Positions 18,528 through 24,955 of a DNA stretch of 24,955 nucleotides are shown here, one piece after another. How positions within the stretch are numbered: position 1 is the first letter of the stretch; the number at the start of each line of letters is the position of its first letter. Under the pieces are notes generated by a model. It had not been told where the DNA came from. It worked only from the letters and a program-made list of their open reading frames with translations, and searched no databases. Source of the DNA: Thermoplasmata archaeon. Its GTDB lineage: Archaea > Thermoplasmatota > SW-10-69-26 > JACQPN01 > JAJPHT01. The stretch spans positions 1 through 24,955 of the forward strand of contig JAXDQU010000010.1 of the NCBI GenBank assembly GCA_034667685.1, written 5' to 3'. The position numbers and the translations under genes are program-made.

Positions 18528-19547
18528 TTGGACGACGTCGCGATCCGCACGCGCGGGCTCACGAAGACCTTCCCGCCCAAGAAGCGCCGGCTCGTCGAGA
18601 TCGTCCGGCGCGAGCCGCGCAAGCCCGCCTTCACCGCGCTCGCGGGCGTCGACCTGGACGTGCGGCGGGGCGAGCTCTTCGGCCTGCTCGGGCCCAACGG
18701 CGCGGGGAAGACCACCCTGGTCAAGATCCTCAGCACGCTGCTCCTGCCCACCTCGGGCGAGGCGAGCATCCTGGGGCTCGACGTGCGCAAGGACGCGCAG
18801 CAAATCCGGCAGCGCGTGGGCGTCGTCCTGGGCGGCGACCGCGCGCTCTACTGGCGCCTGACCGCGCGCGAGAACCTGTGGTACTTCTCGCAGCTCTACG
18901 ACATGCCCTCGGCGAAGGCGCGCGCGAAGATCGAGGATGTCCTTTCGATCGTCGGGCTCGCGGAGCGAGCCGACGATCGGGTCGAAAATTATAGCAAGGG
19001 CATGAAGCAGCGGCTGCACATCGCGCGCGGCCTGCTCACCGACCCGGAGATCCTCCTCCTGGACGAGCCCACCATCGGCCTCGACCCGCACGCCGGGCGC
19101 AGCCTGCGCGCGCTCGTGCGCGACCTCGTGGACAAGCACGGCCGCACGGTCATCCTCACGACGCACTACATGTACGAGGCCGACGAGCTCTCCGACCGCA
19201 TCGGCGTGCTCCACAAGGGGCGCATCATCGCGCTTGACACCAGCGCGAGCCTCAAGGCGCGCTACGCCAAGGACCGCGCGCTCCTTGTGCGCGTCCAAGG
19301 AGACGCCGCGGAGGCCGAGCGCATCCTGCGCGCCCACGGCGAGGTGCGCCGCGCCGCGGCCGAGGGTGATGTCACCGCGCTGCGCCTGCGCGCCGTCCCC
19401 GACGCCTCGGAGCTGGCCGCGCGCTTGACCAAGGCCGGCGTGCATCTCGTCGGGCTTCAGGTGGAGGAGCCTTCGCTCGAAGACGTCTTCGTCGCGCTCA
19501 CGGGCGAAGGGCTCGTGGAGCAGAAGCACGAGGGGGACGACGAATGA
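18528..19547 (+). CDS. ABC-2/DrrA-type exporter ATP-binding subunit
   Basis: Walker A GPNGAGKTT, signature YSKGMKQRL, Walker B LLLDEPTIGLD, TTHYM, C-terminal PSLEDVF; TTG start. Confidence 0.95.
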   Translation: MDDVAIRTRGLTKTFPPKKRRLVEIVRREPRKPAFTALAGVDLDVRRGELFGLLGPNGAGKTTLVKILSTLLLPTSGEASILGLDVRKDAQQIRQRVGVVLGGDRALYWRLTARENLWYFSQLYDMPSAKARAKIEDVLSIVGLAERADDRVENYSKGMKQRLHIARGLLTDPEILLLDEPTIGLDPHAGRSLRALVRDLVDKHGRTVILTTHYMYEADELSDRIGVLHKGRIIALDTSASLKARYAKDRALLVRVQGDAAEAERILRAHGEVRRAAAEGDVTALRLRAVPDASELAARLTKAGVHLVGLQVEEPSLEDVFVALTGEGLVEQKHEGDDE

Positions 19548-19557
19548 TATTCCTCGG

Positions 19558-19652
19558 CCCGGCCCCACGCGAAGAGCACGAAGACACGAAGGCACGAAGG
19601 TTGCGAGAGCTTCGTGCTCTTCGTGTCTTCGTGCTCTTCGCGTGGGGTCGGG
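19558..19652. repeat. REP-like hairpin of tandem CACGAAG units (copy A)
   Basis: About 42-bp near-perfect inverted arms with a 10-nt loop, located between the ATPase and permease genes. Confidence 0.9.
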
Positions 19653-19665
19653 CGTGGCCAGGAGG

Positions 19666-20508
19666 ATGCCGAACGTGAGCGCGATGAGCTACGCCCGCGT
19701 GATCCGCGCCGGGCTCCGGAAGAACTGGATCCTGAGCTACACGTATCCGACGTACATGCTCAACCGCATCGTGGGCCCGATCGTGTGGATCAGCATCTCG
19801 CTGCTCTCCTACCTCGCGCTCACGGACCAGGCCAGCGTGCAGCAGGCGTTCCTGCGCAGCGGCAACACGGGGAACTTCGTCGCGTTCCTGATCCTGGGCC
19901 AGACGATCTTCTCGCTCTTCAGCACGCTCAACTTCCGCGGCGGGATGGCGATCCAGCGCGAGCGTTGGCAGGGCACGTTGGAGATCGTGATGCTGGCGCC
20001 CACGAGCCGCGTCGCGTTCATCCTGGGCGAGACGATCTATGGCCTGATCGACGGGGGCTGGACGATCCTGCTCGCGCTGGTCGTGACGGGCTTCGCCTAC
20101 TCGGCGGGGTTCAGCGTCGCGCATCCCGGCCTCGCGGTCGCGGTGATCGGCCTGACGCTCTCCAGCATGGTGGCGCTCTCGCTCTTCTTCGCGGCGTTCT
20201 ACGTGCTCACGCGCAGCGCGGGCCCGCTCTCGAACGCGATCCAGACGCCCGTGCGCTTTTTCACCGGCACGAGCTTCCCCATCAACGCGCTGCCCGGCTT
20301 CCTCCAGGCCGTGAGCTTCGCGCTCCCCATGACCTACGGCATGATCGCCACGCGGCAGGTGTTCACCGGGGAGGGGACGTGGACGAGCCTCGCGCCCACG
20401 CTGCTCGCGCTCGCGGCGTTCACCGTCGGCTTCTGGGTCGTGGGCGTGCTCCTCATCCGCCGCATGGAGAACCTGGCCAAGACGAGGGGGACGCTGCATA
20501 CTTACTAG
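19666..20508 (+). CDS. ABC-2 type permease 1
   Basis: About six TM segments, ERWQGTLEIVMLAP, FPINALPGFLQ...LPMTY; start ATG 19666, GTG 19675 or ATG 19684. Confidence 0.92.
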   Translation: MPNVSAMSYARVIRAGLRKNWILSYTYPTYMLNRIVGPIVWISISLLSYLALTDQASVQQAFLRSGNTGNFVAFLILGQTIFSLFSTLNFRGGMAIQRERWQGTLEIVMLAPTSRVAFILGETIYGLIDGGWTILLALVVTGFAYSAGFSVAHPGLAVAVIGLTLSSMVALSLFFAAFYVLTRSAGPLSNAIQTPVRFFTGTSFPINALPGFLQAVSFALPMTYGMIATRQVFTGEGTWTSLAPTLLALAAFTVGFWVVGVLLIRRMENLAKTRGTLHTY

Positions 20509-21334
20509 CTGGAGACGAACGTTCTCGTCCACCTTCAAGGCCAACCTGCTCGCCCAGTTCCGCGGCTACACGCTCTCGGGCTGGACGATCAGCGCGATCC
20601 TCAGCCCCGTGTTCCTCTTCGCCGGCGCGTACGTCGTGCTCGTCTTCCTGGGGCAGGGCGCCTCGCCGACGCGCTTCTTCGCGCTCACGGGCTATCCGAG
20701 CTACGTCGCGTTCGTGATCCTCGGCGTGGCGTTCAACGGCCTGGCCACCAGCGCGCTGGAGGACGGCGGCAACGCGGTCTATGACGAGGAGAGCAACGGC
20801 ACGTGGGAATTGCTATCGCTGGCGCCCTTCAACCGCTTCGTGTGGATGTTCGCCAAGACGCTCGCGGGCCTCGTCACGGGCTTCGTGGACTTCTTCGCGG
20901 TGCTCCTGCTGGGCAGCGTCGTCTTCGGCGTCACGCCGACGTGGCACGGCCTGCTCGTGGCGTTCGCCGGGATCGTGCTGACGCTCGTCGCGCTCCAGGG
21001 GCTCGGCTTCGCGATGGCGGCGCTGGGCCTGCGCTGGAAGCAGCCCTACGCGCTCGCGTTCATCCTCAGCCCGGTCGTCGTGCTGCTCTCGGGCATGATG
21101 TTCCCCATCGCCGCGCTGCCCGCGTGGGCGCAGCCGCTCTCCAACGTCGTGCCGCTCACGCACGGCTTGACCATCGTGCGCGACGGCATCCTGCTCGACC
21201 ACGGCTTCGCGCAGCTCGCGCCCGTCTTCCTGCGCCTCGCGCTCACCGGCGCGGCGCTCATGGCGATCGGCTTCCTCTCGTTCCGCCACATGGAGCGCGC
21301 GGCGAGGGAGCGCGGCACGCTCGGGCGCTACTGA
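20498..21334 (+). CDS. ABC-2 type permease 2 (probable non-canonical ATA start at 20498; first canonical start is GTG 20609)
   Basis: EESNGTWELLSLAP, FPIAALPAWAQ...PLTH; the frame is open and paralogous to the permease 1 N-terminus back to about 20498. Confidence 0.85.
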   Translation: MLTSWRRTFSSTFKANLLAQFRGYTLSGWTISAILSPVFLFAGAYVVLVFLGQGASPTRFFALTGYPSYVAFVILGVAFNGLATSALEDGGNAVYDEESNGTWELLSLAPFNRFVWMFAKTLAGLVTGFVDFFAVLLLGSVVFGVTPTWHGLLVAFAGIVLTLVALQGLGFAMAALGLRWKQPYALAFILSPVVVLLSGMMFPIAALPAWAQPLSNVVPLTHGLTIVRDGILLDHGFAQLAPVFLRLALTGAALMAIGFLSFRHMERAARERGTLGRY

Positions 21335-21387
21335 CCGTGCGAGCCCTGTTCCACGACTGAGAATCCCCGCGGCGCGAACCCTCGGGC

Positions 21388-21837
21388 GTGCGTCGCGCCT
21401 TGGCCCTGCTGCTCGCGCTGCTGCCGCTCGCCGGATGCCTCGCGCAGGCGCAGCCCGCGCGCGAGACGCTCATCGAGAACGTCGCCCCGCTGCCCGCCCA
21501 GCCGCCCGGCGTCGAGGTGCGCTGGGAGACGAGCGGCCCCGTGCTCGTGCAGCCGGGCACGTGCGTCGACCTGCCGTGGCTGCTGCGCGCGCACGCCGTC
21601 GCGCGCCCCGCGCCGCTGCGCCTCGACGTCCAGGGGAGCCGCGGCCTCGACGGACGCCTCGTGAGCAACGTCACGCCAGGCATCGCGCGCGTCGAGGGGA
21701 ACGCGCTGGCGAACGGCACCGCGACCATCTGCGCGCCCGACGCCGCGACCCAGGGCGAGGGCGAGCTGGCGCTCCTGGCGAACGCGGGCAACACGACCGT
21801 GGCGCTCAGCAGCGTCCGGGTTGTGGTTACTCGCTGA
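21388..21837 (+). CDS. Putative lipoprotein, hypothetical
   Basis: MRRALALLLALLPLAG|C lipobox; beta-rich body. Confidence 0.7.
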   Translation: MRRALALLLALLPLAGCLAQAQPARETLIENVAPLPAQPPGVEVRWETSGPVLVQPGTCVDLPWLLRAHAVARPAPLRLDVQGSRGLDGRLVSNVTPGIARVEGNALANGTATICAPDAATQGEGELALLANAGNTTVALSSVRVVVTR

Positions 21838-22924
21838 CCGCTTCGAGATAGAGCCCGGCGCTCATGCTGAAGCCGTGCTCCGTGGAGAGCCAGCGCGAGC
21901 GGTGCGGCTCGCCGCGCTCGTCCAACGTCTCGAGGAAGTTGCCGTGCGCGAGCACGCTCGCCTCGACCGCCTCCACGTGGTGGCGCCACGGCGCGCCCTC
22001 GCGCTTCAGCCCGTTGGCGAGCATGAGCCCGAGGTGCAGCCACGTCGTGGAATGATAGCTCGGCGCGAGGCGCGTCAGCGGCGGAAGCTCGTCGCGCGCG
22101 TAGGCGCCCTCGCGCGTGCGCATCGGCACGGGGCGCACCAGCGCGCTCGCCTCCAGCGCGCGGGCGATGGCGCGGCGCGCGTCGGCGCGCAGCAGGCCGT
22201 GGTAGAGCGCCGGCACGTTGGCGTCGGCGCTGAGGTAGTCGCCGCTGGCCGCGTGGTCGCGCAGGTGCGTGCCGGTCCAGCGCGAGGCGAGGAGGGCATC
22301 CACGTCAAGCGCCGCGTCGCCCAGGTCGAGCCGGCGCGCGGCCTGCGCGGCGCGCAGCGCCATGAGGTTGTTGTACGTGCTCGACGGGCGCGGCACGGTG
22401 TCCATCCAGTCGCCGGTGACGTCGCGCCGCACGAGCCCCGTCGCGGGGTCGATCGTCGCCGCAGCCCAATCGGCGTACGTCTTGCGCAGCGCGCCGTGGC
22501 GCTCCGCGAGGAACGCGGGGTCGTCGAGCGTCTCGACCATGTGCAGCAGCCAAGGTAGGCTGTCCGCGCGGGGCCAGGGGAGGTCGTGCCAGCCGCGCGG
22601 CGTGAAGCACGTGGGCACGCGGCCGACGCGCGCGCTCACCGAGACGATCCGGTCCAGCAGGCCCGCAAGATATTCGCGCGGCAGCTCGCGCGTCGCGCCC
22701 GCGAACGCCTTGCCCAGGTCCGCGACCCACATGTCGTGGAAGTGGCCCGAGCCGGAGCGGAGGACCTCGCGCGCGTTGGCCCGCAGCACCTCGCGCGCCA
22801 TCGCCTCCGGGTCGGGCGCCGCGAGGCGGGGCACGCCGGCCCGCCGGACGCGGCGGGCGTCGCGCACCATCCGCCACGTGGCGGAGACGGTGGGCCAGCC
22901 CACGGCGTATCGCCCGACGCGCAT
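21827..22924 (-). CDS. (alpha/alpha)6-barrel glycoside hydrolase-like protein
   Basis: HFHDMWVAD, ADSLPWL, DWMDT..R.SSTYNN, YHSTTWLHLG and FLE resemble six-hairpin glycosidase motifs; family not assignable. Confidence 0.6.
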   Translation of the reverse strand: MRVGRYAVGWPTVSATWRMVRDARRVRRAGVPRLAAPDPEAMAREVLRANAREVLRSGSGHFHDMWVADLGKAFAGATRELPREYLAGLLDRIVSVSARVGRVPTCFTPRGWHDLPWPRADSLPWLLHMVETLDDPAFLAERHGALRKTYADWAAATIDPATGLVRRDVTGDWMDTVPRPSSTYNNLMALRAAQAARRLDLGDAALDVDALLASRWTGTHLRDHAASGDYLSADANVPALYHGLLRADARRAIARALEASALVRPVPMRTREGAYARDELPPLTRLAPSYHSTTWLHLGLMLANGLKREGAPWRHHVEAVEASVLAHGNFLETLDERGEPHRSRWLSTEHGFSMSAGLYLEAVSE

Positions 22925-23006
22925 CGCCAAAGCGTGAGGCCCGGCCCAAGATGAAGCTGCCGCGACAAGCCAAAAGCCCTAAGCCGCGTCAGGCGAGAAG
23001 CCGTGC

Positions 23007-23573
23007 GTGCCTCGGATCCCGGTGTTCCCGCTGGACGTCGTCCTCTTCCCGGGCGAGTCCTTCGGGCTGCACGTCTTCGAGGAGCGCTACCTCCTGATGA
23101 CGGAGGAGTGCCTCGCCAGCGACCTGCCCATCGGCGTCGTCCTCGCGCGGCCCGACCAGCCGGAGGACCGCGTGGAGTTCGAGCCCGAGAAGGTGGGCAC
23201 CGCGGCGCGCATCGTGGACGCGCAGCGCGTCGGCGACCGCTACCTCCTGAGCACCGTGGGCACGCACCGCTTCCGCATCGTCAAGCTCTACAGCGAGAAG
23301 CCCTACCAGGAGGCCGACGTCGAGTGGCTCGCCGAGCCCGCGGGCGACGTCGCCGCGGCGGCCGCGCTCGCCGAGGAGGTGCTCGAGGCCATCGAGTCCG
23401 TCGGCGGCGAGGTCGACTGGGACCACGAGGGCGTGCACGACCCCGTCCGCGTCTCGCACGTCGTCGCCTCGCGCTTGCCCTTCGACCTGGCCACGAAGCA
23501 GCGTCTCTTGGAAGCGGCCGACGCGCAGGAGCGATTGGCGGCCGAGGCCGAGATCATCGAGGTCGTGTTCTAG
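23007..23573 (+). CDS. Stand-alone Lon peptidase N-terminal (substrate-binding) domain protein
   Basis: IPVFPLDVVLFPG...LHVFEERY, VGTAARI, RFRI, KQRLLE. Confidence 0.92.
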   Translation: MPRIPVFPLDVVLFPGESFGLHVFEERYLLMTEECLASDLPIGVVLARPDQPEDRVEFEPEKVGTAARIVDAQRVGDRYLLSTVGTHRFRIVKLYSEKPYQEADVEWLAEPAGDVAAAAALAEEVLEAIESVGGEVDWDHEGVHDPVRVSHVVASRLPFDLATKQRLLEAADAQERLAAEAEIIEVVF

Positions 23574-23582
23574 GCCGACTTC

Positions 23583-23660
23583 AACACGAAGGCACGAAGC
23601 CACGAAGAGCACGAAAGCCCTCGGAACTTCGTGCTCTTCGTGGCTTCGTGCCTTCGTGTT
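23583..23660. repeat. REP-like hairpin of tandem CACGAAG units (copy B)
   Basis: Perfect 33-bp inverted repeat (23583-23615 / 23628-23660) with a 12-nt loop, 9 nt after the Lon-N stop. Confidence 0.92.
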
Positions 23661-23724
23661 CCGACGGCCGACCGGGCTCAATCTGGGAATAGCCTCATAG
23701 GCCACCCGAAGGTCTGGAGAGCCT

Positions 23725-24900
23725 GTGGCCGGCCAGCCCAACGTCGGCAGGTTCGTCGAGACGGGCGCCATCCTGGGCGCCCTCACGCTGATCCTCGCCG
23801 TCACGGGGCTGCTCTTTTCTCCAACGGTCCTCGCTTCGCTCGGACTTTACGCGACGCCGTGGGCCGCCAACGCGCTCTACGTGGCGCACCTGGCCGCCGC
23901 CGTGCTGCTCATCGCGTTCACGGCCTGGCACCTCTGGCCGCCGCTCTATGCGTTCTTCGCCAAGAAGGCCGGCCAGACCTGGTTCCTGCGCCTCGCGTCG
24001 TACGTCCTGATCGCGCTGATCCTCGTGGAGATCGTGACGGGCTACGAGCTGTGGAGCCACAACTACGTCCTGCTCGCCAAGGAGAACGCGGTCGCCGTCC
24101 ACCTCGTGACGACGGGGCTCCTCCTGCCGCCGCTCGCGGTCCACACCTGGCGCGGCGTGCGCGTCGGGCTCCAGCGCGCGGCGGCCAAGCGCGCGGCCCT
24201 CGAAGCCGCGACGAAGGCCGGCCAGCGCGAGAAGGCCGTGGCGCAGCAGGCCAAGGTCACGCGGCGCCTCTTCCTGCGCATCGGGGGCTACGCGGTCGCG
24301 GGCGTCGCGCTCGCGCTATCATTCGGCAGCGCGGCGAAGGCCGAGGTCAAGTCGTGGCGCCTCAACAGCGTGGGCTACACGCCGCAGCTCACCAAGGAGA
24401 ATTGGCGCCTGCGCGTGACGGGCCTGGTCAAGCAGCCCATCGAGCTCTCGTGGGATGACCTCCTGGCGATGCGCGCGGTCGACCAGCACGTCGTCCACCA
24501 CTGCGTCGAAGGGTGGACCTACGAGGACGACTTCACCGGCGTCCGGCTCTCGGACGTCCTGGCCCGCGCGGGCGGCGTCAAGCCCGGCGCCGCGATGCTG
24601 ATCTTCAAGTCGCCCGAGGTCTCGCGCCAGTGGTTCGCGTACGGCCAGCAGTACACGAGCAGCTTCCCGCTGAAGTCCGGCGTCGCCGAGAGCGCCATCG
24701 TCGTCTACGCCGTCGCCGGCAAGGACCTGCCCCGGGAGCACGGCTTCCCCGTGCGCCTCATGACGCCGCGCAAGTGGGGCTACAAGGCCTGCAAGTGGCT
24801 CACCGAGATCGAGGTCTCCTCCGACACCGCGTACCGCGGCTACTGGGAGCGCGAGGGGTACAACGCCGACGGGGACTGGCCCGGTCCGATCTGGGAGTAA
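23725..24900 (+). CDS. Sulfite oxidase/MsrP(YedY)-family molybdopterin oxidoreductase with N-terminal His-containing TM domain
   Basis: WRLRVTGLV, HHCVEGW (Mo-ligand Cys), GVRLSDVL, HGFPVRL, WGYKACKWL, GYWE; four N-terminal TMs with His; internal TRRLFL. Confidence 0.9.
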   Translation: MAGQPNVGRFVETGAILGALTLILAVTGLLFSPTVLASLGLYATPWAANALYVAHLAAAVLLIAFTAWHLWPPLYAFFAKKAGQTWFLRLASYVLIALILVEIVTGYELWSHNYVLLAKENAVAVHLVTTGLLLPPLAVHTWRGVRVGLQRAAAKRAALEAATKAGQREKAVAQQAKVTRRLFLRIGGYAVAGVALALSFGSAAKAEVKSWRLNSVGYTPQLTKENWRLRVTGLVKQPIELSWDDLLAMRAVDQHVVHHCVEGWTYEDDFTGVRLSDVLARAGGVKPGAAMLIFKSPEVSRQWFAYGQQYTSSFPLKSGVAESAIVVYAVAGKDLPREHGFPVRLMTPRKWGYKACKWLTEIEVSSDTAYRGYWEREGYNADGDWPGPIWE

Positions 24901-24955
24901 CAACGAAGGGAAGACGGGAAGCGTGGGAAGAAGCGAACTGGGGAAGAAGGGTCCC
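24901..24955. repeat. Possible left arm of another REP-like element (GGGAAG units), truncated
   Basis: Purine-rich GGGAAG repeated right after a stop codon; any partner arm would be outside the window. Confidence 0.35.

Noticed and set aside
19558-23660. CACGAAG repeats as CRISPR, or ORFs spanning them (19614-20717, 23631-24458, 22989-23804) as genes
   Set aside because: Units are 7-9 nt arranged as inverted arms with no unique spacers and no cas genes; the ORFs are off-frame translations.

Overview
GC-rich, gene-dense chromosomal window. It is probably archaeal (inference): Shine-Dalgarno sites read GGTGA, TATA-like boxes lie about 25-30 nt upstream of apparently leaderless genes, and there is a tandem-wHTH regulator and a V4R protein. 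A high-GC Thermoplasmatota-like lineage is plausible but unproven. Central metabolism genes: PPi-type phosphofructokinase, glpK, aceB-aceA and a compact PEP-carboxykinase-like protein. Other ordinary genes: an ABC-2 exporter operon, VOC/SRPBCC/PadR genes, a DUF2339-like membrane protein, an (alpha/alpha)6 glycosidase-like protein, a Lon N-domain protein and a sulfite-oxidase-family molybdoenzyme. Four features stand out. (1) An operon encodes a secreted S8 protease with nine DSSRW pentapeptides at its propeptide/mature junction, then a response regulator and a membrane histidine kinase; this is a candidate protease-released peptide signalling system. (2) Four tandem small secreted peptides each have AxA|[TS]P[PS]x(0,1)CG and exactly four Cys. 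(3) A 38-aa HxxxCxxC microprotein missing from the ORF track is bracketed by a 21-bp inverted repeat upstream of aceBA. (4) CACGAAG-unit REP-like hairpins occur twice. I saw no rRNA, tRNA, CRISPR array, transposase or integrase.
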